From assembly GCF_964355755.1 (NCBI RefSeq), contig NC_092676.1, forward strand, positions 11,447,888 through 11,511,887: a stretch of 64,000 bases of DNA, given 5' to 3'. Source of the DNA: Antedon mediterranea. Lineage: Eukaryota > Animalia > Echinodermata. Under the pieces are notes generated by a model. That model saw only the letters and a list, made by a program, of their open reading frames with translations. It was not told where the DNA came from and made no database searches. The position numbers and the translations under genes were made by a program. Positions 52,253 through 64,000 of the stretch are shown one piece after another (position 1 is the stretch's first letter; each line of letters begins with the position of its first letter).

Positions 52253-52456
52253 AGCGTGGTTCCCACTGGAACGCAACGCAGCGACGTATCGACGCAAAAT
52301 GCTGTATTGCGTAATCACAAGTGGGAACAAAATACAACAGTGCTGGAAACATCGCAGGTTTGATTTCATGCAGACGGGGCAAACACAATTATTAGAAGGG
52401 CATTTGCTTACGTTGCGCAAATTGCGTTACATTGCTTCGCCAGTGGGAACCAACCT
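52253..52456. mobile_element. PIF/Harbinger-like MITE (204 bp)
   Basis: tta|AGCGTGGTTCCCACTGG ... CCAGTGGGAACCAACCT|ata; the host repeat AATTTCTTA-CCAGAGGGG is restored on removal. Confidence 0.7.
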
Positions 52457-54031
52457 ATACCAGAGGGGTACGTTTACATCAAATGGAATTTCACAAGTCA
52501 TTTGGCGTTCGGATAACAAACTTGTTACTTGCATGATGAATATACATGTGGTAAATTCTTAACAGAGGGGTACATGTACATCAAATGGAATTTCACAACA
52601 GTCGTTCGGCGTTCGGGCAACAAACTTGCATGATGAATATACACGTGGTAATTTCTTACCATATGAGTGCGTGTACATCAAATGGAATTTCTACAACAAT
52701 CGTTCGGCTCGCTCGGATTTGTTTTTCTAACGATTGGTGCGGCTCACGAACAGTAACACACATGGTAGTTTCTTACTTATGGAATTGTTTTTCTACAAAG
52801 ATTCGCATTAAATACACGTACACTATTCTATACCATGATGATAGGTTTATTTTAAATAAAAAAACAATAGCCTACATTTAAGTATAAAGCGTGAGAAAAT
52901 TGTGATTTTTTATTGTAAATATTTAGATCAGACCAAAAAAAAAAATTTACAATGACAATATGATAAAATAACTATCATTACTGCACTTTACTATACTAAA
53001 AATAACATTGTATACAGTATGTACGTATGCATTTGTTTGTTTATTCATTTCCACTGAGCATTAGCGAATTTACACAAATGTCACAGATCGTTAAGCTCAT
53101 ACCATTTATAAAAATATTTCACTAAAAAGCTCACTCAATATTAAAATTGATTTTCAGTTTTCGATGCAGATAATGATTAAAAACGTAATTAAGTCACATT
53201 ACTACCGACAAACAGCGATCGGAACAACATCCATTTCTTATTCGCCTTCCTACCGGTATACCAGCAACATTTGTGAATAGGCCTACGAATCATTATAAAC
53301 ATTGTGCAAATGGTACGCATCGTCAAGCTCATTCATTCATAAAACGAATGCAGTGTTTTATTTCACTCACTAAAAGCTAATTGAATATTAAAGTTGGTTT
53401 TCAATTTTCACTGCAGTAATTACTATTAATTATTGATTTTTATATCGGGTTTTTTTTTTTCGAAAAAGTATTTTGTAAATATTGGAATAAAATTATATAT
53501 ATATAAACAAATTCTTCTAAATTTTTGTAATTTACTGTTTAAAAAATATTAAGTGAGACCTATCGGTTAAATTGATTGTATTGGTTTTATTATTACTATT
53601 ATTTAGGCCTAATTATTGATTTTTATGTCGTTTTTTTTTAAAGTATTTTATAAATATTTGAATAAAATTATATAGGCCTATATTTTAACAAAATTATTCT
53701 AAATTTGGATAAATAGTTTTAATTTTCTATTTAAAACAAATATTAAGTATGACTCAAATTTATTTTGACCCCCAAAAACCTGCTTGCGCTATACATTAAG
53801 TCACACAGTGTAACGTCACATTATACTAACGACAAACAGCGATCGGAAATCCATTCAAATTTCTTATTCGCCTTTCTACCAGAATGTATATACTGTACCA
53901 GCAACATTTGTAAATACAATTAATTGATTGAATCATATAAACATCGTGCAAATGTCACGCATCGTCAAGCTCATTCATTATGATTGAATATTAAAGTTGG
54001 TTTTCAATTTTTACTGCAGTAATGACTATTA

Positions 54032-54783
54032 CCGTAGTTCCTCGGGTATAATCCCACCTCGGGTATAATCCCACCCCCGACATTACGATTACCTTCGCAC
54101 GCAAGCATATCCCCGGGCAAAGTCTCAGTGTATAATTTAATATTAGGCCAGAGGTGGGCCTAGGCCTACTGTAGCTAGCTAGGCCGACGTCAATATTTTT
54201 AAAGAAATTCTCACCAAAAAATAGAGTAATTTCTCTGAATTTGGCTGACTTAAAACTCATCAAACATTGTTAAGTTGAATACAACCTAAGGCTAGTATGC
54301 TTCGATCGTCACGTTCTGTACATCCTTTCGCCGTGTACATTCTTTCTTGTTGTTTACACTACTGCATGCTTAATTACCGTAAAAAAAACACCGCCCTCTA
54401 TACCGACCTGCTTGTGCAGTAGTTTGTGTCACATGCAACAACATGCGATTTACACAGAGAGCTCGAGCGTGGGTGAACCACCGGGATGGAGAACTCGTAT
54501 GATGTCGATTTAGGAAGTTAGGCCTAGATCACATTTTAGGGTATTTTTTAAGTAGAAATCTGGGGGAAAAATACGGTAGGCATAGCACAGGTAAGACCAA
54601 TTAGGCCGCCTAGGTCTAGATGGCCTGGCCTACATCGGAATATAGCTTTAGATCGTAGCTACAGTAGAAGAAATATCGTCATTTTCAATTCATGCAGTGG
54701 GAAATCCCCGGGTATAGTCCCACCTCCCAAATTCGGGCAAATTTCACGTACAAGGGGGTGGGATTATACCCGGGGAACTACGG
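54032..54783. mobile_element. Tc2/pogo-like MITE, variant A
   Basis: ta|CCGTAGTTCCTCGGGTATAATCCCACC ... GGTGGGATTATACCCGGGGAACTACGG|ta; an empty-site paralogue lies at ~53420. Confidence 0.9.
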
Positions 54784-56100
54784 TAATTATTGATTTTTAT
54801 ATCGGGTTTTTTTTTCCCAAAAAGTAGTTGGAATTAAATTATATATATAATATATATATAAATAAATAAAATAACAGCAGAAAACTTGGTTACTTCATTG
54901 TTTTAATCACTACAAATATATATATATATATATATGAACAAATTTTCTATTAAGTGAGACCTATCGGTTAAATTGATTGTTTTGGTTTTATTGTGTGTAT
55001 TAGCAGCATGTTTTATAACATTTGTTTTTAATTTTTCACAATGACAACATGGTATTTTTTAAGTGGTCATGTTTTAACATGACAAAAAGTATTTGATAAG
55101 TTAGAAATAAAGAAACATTCAAAATGAATTAAAATAACAATTTTGAAACAACGTTCAAGTAATTTCCGTAGAAAGGAAGTTATACAATAGACCCATCTAT
55201 CAGCAAAATGTGCAAAATACAATTAATCACATAAACATTTTGCTAATGCCACGCATCGTTAAGCTCATGGCTGTTACGATACCCCTTCATGATGACTTCT
55301 TTTCACTACTATACTCCAATTTTTTTTTTTTGTATCATGTCGTGAATAAATCGATTGGTCAAACTTGCTTGATCAATATAATAAAGCATCATGAGTGTTT
55401 TATTTCACTAAAATGTTAGATTTATAAACGAGAATGTCAATAATTCAAAGTGAAATTTTTTTTTAAAGCAAAATAAATTCTTTTCAAGCTCGGTAAAGGT
55501 TAACGTTTGCATGAGGTTGTGTTTAAAATGTATTTAAAACATGTTTTAACATGACCACAAAAAATGTAAAAAATAAAACAAAATTCAAAATGAATTCAAA
55601 TGATAATTTGAAAACAACGTTAAAAAGAAAATTGAAAAAAAAAATGAAACAATTAAGGTTATTATCATATCGTACATGTGACCCTACCATGGAGTAATCA
55701 CTCCGTGGTACAATGTCGATAACATTTCGACATCGAATTGCTATCGTCTGGCTTACGTAACAGAATCCACGACGCTCATTCAGGGTACAATATAAAAGTA
55801 AAAATGAATCGCTTGCTTTTAGTTTTACCAAACCCATCCCGAAATGCGTGTCCTGTATAAATAAAACAAGTATTAGGATTAATAATAATCTTTAGTTAAC
55901 TCGTCGTAGAACTGTGATCCTGTTCTACTATGGAGTAATAGAACACAATGTCGATAACATTTCGACATCGAATTGCTATCGTCTGGCTTATGTAACAGAA
56001 TCCACGACGCTCATTCAGGGTACAATATAAAGTAAAAATGAATCGCTTGCTTTTACCAAACCCATCCCGAAATGTGTGTCCTGTATAAATAAAACAAGTA

Positions 56101-56926
56101 CCGTAGTTCCTCGGGTATAATCCCACCTCGAGTATAATCCCACCCCCGACTTTACGATTACCTTCGCACGCAAGCATATCCCCGGGCAAAGTCCCAGTGT
56201 ATAATTTATCATTAGGAAAGAAGAGGTAGGCCTAGCTAGCTAGGCCGACGTCGATTTTTTTAAAAGAAATTCTCACCAAAAAATAGAGTAATATCTCTGA
56301 ATTCGGCTGACTTAAAACTCATCAAACATTGGCCATCGTAAAATTGAATACAACCTTAATATCATCGCCCCGATCTTCGCGTTCTGCACATCATGCATTC
56401 GCCGCACACTCGCTCGCCGTGTACATTCTGCATGCCTTGTTTACACAACTGCATGCTTGATTACCATAAAAAAAAACACCGCCATCTATACCGACCGGAC
56501 CAGTACTGTAGTTCGTGTCACGTACCATGGACCATACCTCCATGGTGTCACATGCAACAACATGCGATTTGCACAGAGCTCGAGCGTGGGGAATCGGGAG
56601 AGACGGAGAACTCGTATGAGTTATGTCGATATTATTTAGGAAGCCAGGCCCAGATCACATTTTAGGGTATTTTTTAAGTAGAAATCTGGGAGAAAATGTA
56701 TACAGTAGGCATAGACCAATTAGGCCGCCTAGGCCTAGATGACCTGGCAGTCTAATGTCTAGGCCTACATTGGAATATAGCTTTAGATAGCCTAAATCGT
56801 AGCCAAAAGAAATATTGTCATTTTCAGTAGTTCATGCACCGGGAAATCCCCGGGTATAGTCCCACCTCCCAAATTCGGGCAAATTTCACGTACAAGGGGG
56901 GTGGGATTATACCCGGGGAACTACGG
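56101..56926. mobile_element. Tc2/pogo-like MITE, variant B
   Basis: Same TIRs and TA flanks; the empty site ACAAGTATTAGG is seen at ~55866. Confidence 0.9.
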
Positions 56927-56978
56927 TATTAGGATTAATAATAATCTTTAGTTTAGTTTACTGCAGTAATGACTATTA

Positions 56979-57731
56979 CCGTAGTTCCTCGGGTATAATC
57001 CCACCTCGGGTATAATCCCACCCCCGACATTACGATTACCTTCGCACGCAAGCATATCCCCGGGCAAAGTCTCAGTGTATAATTTAATATTAGGCCAGAG
57101 GTGGGCCTAGGCCTACTGTAGCTAGCTAGGCCGACGTCAATATTTTTAAAGAAATTCTCACCAAAAAATAGAGTAATTTCTCTGAATTTGGCTGACTTAA
57201 AACTCATCAAACATTGTTAAGTTGAATACAACCTAAGGCTAGTATGCTTCGATCGTCACGTTCTGTACATCCTTTCGCCGTGTACATTCTTTCTTGTTGT
57301 TTACACTACTGCATGCTTAATTACCGTAAAAAAAACACCGCCCTCTATACCGACCTGCTTGTGCAGTAGTTTGTGTCACATGCAACAACATGCGATTTAC
57401 ACAGAGAGCTCGAGCGTGGGTGAACCACCGGGATGGAGAACTCGTATGATGTCGATTTAGGAAGTTAGGCCTAGATCACATTTTAGGGTATTTTTTAAGT
57501 AGAAATCTGGGGGAAAAATACGGTAGGCATAGCACAGGTAAGACCAATTAGGCCGCCTAGGTCTAGATGGCCTGGCCTACATCGGAATATAGCTTTAGAT
57601 CGTAGCTACAGTAGAAGAAATATCGTCATTTTCAATTCATGCAGTGGGAAATCCCCGGGTATAGTCCCACCTCCCAAATTCGGGCAAATTTCACGTACAA
57701 GGGGGGTGGGATTATACCCGGGGAACTACGG
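56979..57731. mobile_element. Tc2/pogo-like MITE, variant A (duplicated copy)
   Basis: Copy of 54032-54783. Confidence 0.9.
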
Positions 57732-59046
57732 TAATTATTGATTTTTATATCGGGTTTTTTTTTCCCAAAAAGTAGTTGGAATTAAATTATTTATAATATA
57801 TATATAAATAAATAAAATAACAGCAGAAAACTTGGTTACTTCATTGTTTTAATCACTACAAATATATATATATATATATATGAACAAATTTTCTATTAAG
57901 TGAGACCTATCGGTTAAATTGATTGTTTTGGTTTTATTGTGTGTATTAGCAGCATGTTTTATAACATTTGTTTTTAATTTTTCACAATGACAACATGGTA
58001 TTTTTTAAGTGGTCATGTTTTAACATGACAAAAAGTATTTGATAAGTTAGAAATAAAGAAACATTCAAAATGAATTAAAATAACAATTTTGAAACAACGT
58101 TCAAGTAATTTCCGTAGAAAGGAAGTTATACAATAGACCCATCTATCAGCAAAATGTGCAAAATACAATTAATCACATAAACATTTTGCTAATGCCACGC
58201 ATCGTTAAGCTCATGGCTGTTACGATACCCCTTCATGATGACTTCTTTTCACTACTATACTCCAATTTTTTTTTTTTGTATCATGTCGTGAATAAATCGA
58301 TTGGTCAAACTTGCTTGATCAATATAATAAAGCATCATGAGTGTTTTATTTCACTAAAATGTTAGATTTATAAACGAGAATGTCAATAATTCAAAGTGAA
58401 ATTTTTTTTTAAAGCAAAATAAATTCTTTTCAAGCTCGGTAAAGGTTAACGTTTGCATGAGGTTGTGTTTAAAATGTATTTAAAACATGTTTTAACATGA
58501 CCACAAAAAATGTAAAAAATAAAACAAAATTCAAAATGAATTCAAATGATAATTTGAAAACAACGTTAAAAAGAAAATTGAAAAAAAAAATGAAACAATT
58601 AAGGTTATTATCATATCGTACATGTGACCCTACCATGGAGTAATCACTCCGTGGTACAATGTCGATAACATTTCGACATCGAATTGCTATCGTCTGGCTT
58701 ACGTAACAGAATCCACGACGCTCATTCAGGGTACAATATAAAAGTAAAAATGAATCGCTTGCTTTTAGTTTTACCAAACCCATCCCGAAATGCGTGTCCT
58801 GTATAAATAAAACAAGTATTAGGATTAATAATAATCTTTAGTTAACTCGTCGTAGAACTGTGATCCTGTTCTACTATGGAGTAATAGAACACAATGTCGA
58901 TAACATTTCGACATCGAATTGCTATCGTCTGGCTTATGTAACAGAATCCACGACGCTCATTCAGGGTACAATATAAAGTAAAAATGAATCGCTTGCTTTT
59001 ACCAAACCCATCCCGAAATGTGTGTCCTGTATAAATAAAACAAGTA

Positions 59047-59872
59047 CCGTAGTTCCTCGGGTATAATCCCACCTCGAGTATAATCCCACCCCCGACTTTA
59101 CGATTACCTTCGCACGCAAGCATATCCCCGGGCAAAGTCCCAGTGTATAATTTATCATTAGGAAAGAAGAGGTAGGCCTAGCTAGCTAGGCCGACGTCGA
59201 TTTTTTTAAAAGAAATTCTCACCAAAAAATAGAGTAATATCTCTGAATTCGGCTGACTTAAAACTCATCAAACATTGGCCATCGTAAAATTGAATACAAC
59301 CTTAATATCATCGCCCCGATCTTCGCGTTCTGCACATCATGCATTCGCCGCACACTCGCTCGCCGTGTACATTCTGCATGCCTTGTTTACACAACTGCAT
59401 GCTTGATTACCATAAAAAAAAACACCGCCATCTATACCGACCGGACCAGTACTGTAGTTCGTGTCACGTACCATGGACCATACCTCCATGGTGTCACATG
59501 CAACAACATGCGATTTGCACAGAGCTCGAGCGTGGGGAATCGGGAGAGACGGAGAACTCGTATGAGTTATGTCGATATTATTTAGGAAGCCAGGCCCAGA
59601 TCACATTTTAGGGTATTTTTTAAGTAGAAATCTGGGAGAAAATGTATACAGTAGGCATAGACCAATTAGGCCGCCTAGGCCTAGATGACCTGGCAGTCTA
59701 ATGTCTAGGCCTACATTGGAATATAGCTTTAGATAGCCTAAATCGTAGCCAAAAGAAATATTGTCATTTTCAGTAGTTCATGCACCGGGAAATCCCCGGG
59801 TATAGTCCCACCTCCCAAATTCGGGCAATTTTCACGTACAAGGGGGGTGGGATTATACCCGGGGAACTACGG
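59047..59872. mobile_element. Tc2/pogo-like MITE, variant B (duplicated copy)
   Basis: Copy of 56101-56926; a truncated fifth copy lies at ~62553-62925. Confidence 0.9.
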
Positions 59873-59874
59873 TA

Positions 59875-60900
59875 TTAGGATTAATAATAATCTTTAGTTA
59901 ACTCCTCGTAGAACTGTGATCCTGTTCTACTATGGAGTAATAGAACACAATGTCGATAACATTTCGACATCGAATTGCTATCGTCTGGCTTACGTAACAG
60001 AATCCACGATGCTCATTCAATAGAAAAGTAAAAATGAGATCAGTTGCTTTTACCAAACCCATCCCGAAATGTGTGTCGTGTATAAATAAAACAATTATTA
60101 AGATTAATACTAATCTTTAGTTAACTCGTCGTAGAACTGTGATCCTGTTCTACCATGGAGTAATAACTCCATGGTAGAACACAATGTCGATAACATTTCG
60201 ACATCGAATTGCTATTGTCTGGCTTACTTTTAACTATCTTTGAAATGCGTGCCGTGTATAAAAAAATTTAAAAGGAATAATTAAGAATAATAACCTTCAG
60301 TTAACTCGTCGTTAATTATCGAAAAAAAAGAAACAAAAAATTATTAAGATTAATAATCTTCAGTTAACTGTGACCCTGTTCTACCATAAGTATAATAACT
60401 CCATGGTAGAACACAATGTCGATAACTTTTCGATATCGAATTGCAATCTGAATCCTTAGCTCGGGTACAATACAAAAGTCAAAATTAATGAGATCGCTTG
60501 CTTTTATTATCTATCCTCGAAATACATCGGAACAAAATGAAACAATCATAATTAATAATATTCAGTTAACTTAGAACTGCGACCGTGTTCTTCAATAAAG
60601 TCATCACTCCATTATAGAACACATTATCGATAATTTTTCGACATCGAACTGCTATCGTCTAATCTAGCTAACGAAATCGTTTAGGCTACTACACGACGCT
60701 TCTGGTCAGGGTAGATACACGTCAATGAGAGCATGTTTTATCACCCATCCTAGAAATGGATATGGGGTAAACTATAAAAAAAACTATTACTGTACAATAA
60801 ATTGTAGGTTAACTCATCATTAGTTGCTATTAATAGCTCAACAGTTCAACAACAATGTCGACATCGAATTGCTATCGTTTATTAAATGAATAACAATAAT
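59875..60900 (+). repeat. ~210-235-bp tandem satellite; further units at 55680-56100 and 58626-59046
   Basis: Recurrent ACAATGTCGATAACATTTCGACATCGAATTGCTATCGTC core near 55712, 55947, 59948, 60183, 60414, 60623 and 60853. Confidence 0.85.
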
Positions 60901-61729
60901 ATGGAAGGAGCTAATTTCGTATGTGTTTGTTATCGAAATGTGTAGTATGGAATACACAAAATTAAATTTTATTCAGGCTGTTTCAGTGTGCGGTTACATT
61001 AAAAATTGTACTCATTTTCGGGGTACTGTAGGCGCGCCTATGTTACAGCAGCGGGTAGGTCATTAAACAACACCACCACGCGTCGATACGTTCGTATTCG
61101 TAGACTACACTACTGACTGCACTCTGGCCACCGCCGCCGTGGCGACATCGAACTGTCATCGTTTTGCTAACGAATCTGCTTACCAGTAAAATACTGCTTT
61201 TTTTCATTATTAAACTATTTTGAACTAAAAACATTTAAATAGCTAAAATCTAATCTTAAGCCATGGTCAGGTTTATAATACACACAGACCTGGCCTAGCC
61301 TTGATTAAGTGTTCTTCCAAGCCTAACGTCGTGGCCTGAGGAGGCCTAAAAGATAGCCTGATAATATTTGCGTAGCCTATAATTTTCGTTGTTAAACAAA
61401 TATAGGGGGCACAATTGATGGAAAATAACTATGTTTAAGTCTTGTAAATGAAAATCTGTCAATCAAAACATATTTGTCAATCAAAACATAACACACCCAA
61501 CAATTCGAAGGGAGATAAACAACTTATCAGCTCTTATCGGGTGTGAAGTGTGCCTGTATCGGAGCTTCCTGGCAACATATATTTGGTGATTTCCCTAATC
61601 TACAAATAGACGTCGACGCGGTAGCGCGTTTGTGTCGAAACTGTCGAACTTTTTTCCAGCGGGCATCACTATGTTCAAAATTACCAATAATTTAGCACCA
61701 ACTTACTGGGTATTGCTAAACTGCGCAAA

Positions 61730-62554
61730 CTGCGCAAACAACAAAAAAAGCTGCGCAAACCTCCTTCAAAACAATTATTATTGATTAGAACACAACTAGA
61801 ACTATATAGGGAGACAATTTATGAGAAAAAAAAATTGAAATTCCTTTAAGTTTGCCTTTTTTGGGTGAAAAACTTCAATTTTTGGGAAAAATACAGATTT
61901 CACTGCGCAAACAACAAAAAAAACTGCGCAAACCTCCTTCAAAACAATTATTATTGATTAGAACACAACTAGAACTATATAGGGAGACAATTTATGAGAA
62001 AAAAAATTTGAAATTCCTTTAAGTTTGCCTTTTTTGGGTGAAAAACTTCAATTTTTGGGAAAAATACAGATTTCACTGCGCAAACAACAAAAAAAACTGC
62101 GCAAACCTCCTTCAAAACAATTATTATTGATTAGAACACAACTAGAACTATATAGGGAGACAATTTATGAGAAAAAAAATTTGAAATTCCTTTAAGTTTG
62201 CCTCTTTTGGGTGAAAAACTTCAATTTTTGGGAAAAATACAGATTTCACTGCGCAAACAACAAAAAAAGCTGCGCAAACCTCCTTCAAAACAATTATTAT
62301 TGATTAGAACACAACTAGAACTATATAGGGAGACAATTTATGAGAAAAAAAATTTGAAATTCCTTTAAGTTTGCCTTTTTTTGGGTGAAAAACTTCAATT
62401 TTTGGGAAAATTACTGATTTCACAGCGCAAACAACAAAAAAAGCTGCGCAAACCTCCTTTAAATCAATTAATATTGATTAAAACACAACTAGACCTAGGG
62501 AGACAATTTATGGGGAAAAAAATTTGAAATTCCTTTAAGTTTGCCTTTTTTTGG
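61730..62554 (+). repeat. 173-bp tandem satellite, ~4.8 units
   Basis: Unit starts CTGCGCAAACAAC at 61730, 61903, 62076, 62249 and ~62423. Confidence 0.95.
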
Positions 62555-63845
62555 TATAATCCCACCTCGAGTATAATCCCACCCCCGACTTTACGATTAC
62601 CTTCGCACGCAAGCATACCCCGGGCAAAGTCCCAGTGTATAATTTATCATTAGGACAGAGGTAGGCCTAGCTAGCTAGGCCGACGTCGATTTTTTAAAAA
62701 GAAATTCTCACCCAAAAATAGAGTAATTTCTCTGAATTCGGCTGACTTAAAACTCATCAAACATTGGCCATCGTAAAGTTGAATACAACCTTAATATCAT
62801 CGCCCCGATCTTCGCGTTCTGCACATCATGCATTCGCCGCACACTCGCTCGCCGTGTACATTCTGCATGCCTTGTTTACACTACTGCATGCTTGATTACC
62901 ATAAAAAAAACACCGCCCTCTATATAAGCGGAGGTCCAATAGCTTGTTTAGAGAGCTCCCATTGCCATGTTTCTACACACTCAGCACACCAACTTTTTTT
63001 GATAGCTACTACCCTTAGACACAATAATCACGAGGTGTGCCGTTGCAAATTTACTGCGGCCATCTTGAAATCCAAGATGGCGGAAAAAATGGCCGCCATT
63101 TTATAGTGATGCACTTTATTGTTCATAACTTAATAAATATTTGATGTATTTTGTTGACATTAATGTTGATTAATAGCTAATTACATTATCTATTCAATAA
63201 AATATTTTTATTTCAACTTTATTGAAATTAAATTACTTTTTTTAAGCAAAAATGCAGAATTTTAGCCAAAAAATCAGCAAAATCTGTGATATACGATATT
63301 TATTATGTTAATTAAGGCAAGAAGCCATAATTATTTTTTTTTTCAGATATGCAAAAAAACTGACCCAATATATACTTTAAAAAAATGTGTAAACTACATG
63401 TGCTTGTGAAAAGGCAAACATAAGTTATTCGTTTGTGTACTTGTAGCAGGGATTTAATAATGTTGAGTAAAATTGTGAAGTTGAGGGCGCTATTTAAGTA
63501 AGATACAGGTACTCTATTTTCGGATGTAACTCATTAAATACTTAACCAATTATGATGAAAATAGATTTATTTTATAAATAATTAAACCTTCTTCCACGAG
63601 CCATTGTCTGTAAAAATCAAAGATTTGGTGGCAGATGTAAAAAAATGGATTTCTCTCAAATTTTTACCATGAATAGACATTTCAATAAAAAGCATATCTA
63701 CAACATTCATTTTAATTTTTAGCCTCCGTTGCCATGACAACGGTCAATTATCCAAATTTTGATGTTTTTGCCATTTTTCACAGATTTTCTATAGTGAAAA
63801 AGTACAAACTTGTATACTTATTTTAACCAAAAATACTTACAGTAT

Positions 63846-64000
63846 CAGGGCTCGATTTAGTGCTAGCCCGGCGTACAATGGCTAGTAAAAACAGCTCCGG
63901 GCTACCTAAAGTATCTTCCTTTAAGCCCGTATGGCTAGTAGGTTGTGGGAACTCGAAATTGGGACGAAATGACCTCATAAAAATAACTCCAGCATGAAAG
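63846..64000 (+). mobile_element. Probable hAT-like left end running off the window
   Basis: CAGGGCTCGATTTAG followed by GCTAG/GGCTAC motifs; no partner end visible. Confidence 0.35.

Larger units (their letters stand above)
45786..53028. repeat. Long inverted repeat (arms 45786-~46490 and ~51890-53028) containing ~100-bp tandem units
   Basis: The arms are reverse complements; the unit GAAATTCCATTTGATGTACACGCACCCATCTGGTAAGAAATTACCACGTG occurs ~2-3 times on the left and ~5 times on the right. Confidence 0.8.
54010..59899 (+). repeat. Near-identical ~2.95-kb tandem duplication (units 54010-56953 and 56957-59899)
   Basis: Identical ORFs offset by 2946 bp (55210/58156, 55523/58469, 56393/59339). 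Confidence 0.95.

Overview
This AT-rich window looks like a metazoan (invertebrate) genome. It has no intact host protein-coding gene and is almost entirely a deeply nested graveyard of transposable elements. The only recognisable coding relics are an L2/CR1-type RT split by a later insertion, an RTE-type EN+RT, a hAT transposase C-terminus and a possible Sola3 transposase fragment. About 20 non-autonomous DNA elements can be delimited by terminal inverted repeats (TIRs) and target-site duplications (TSDs) of 2, 3, 4, 5, 6, 7, 8 and 9 bp. There are also two tRNA-Val(AAC) pseudogenes carried in a Helentron/HINE-like element, several satellites and a near-identical 2.95-kb tandem duplication. 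The most notable observations are: (1) a 972-bp element with a perfect 9-bp TSD whose two ends share a hairpin architecture but differ in sequence; (2) four distinct 19-31-bp CA..TG palindromes inside 7-bp direct repeats, resembling P-superfamily excision footprints; (3) a 6-bp-TSD foldback element with 21-bp minisatellite arms, whose removal restores a 151-codon ORF. Superfamily labels are inferred from termini and TSD lengths, not from database searches.
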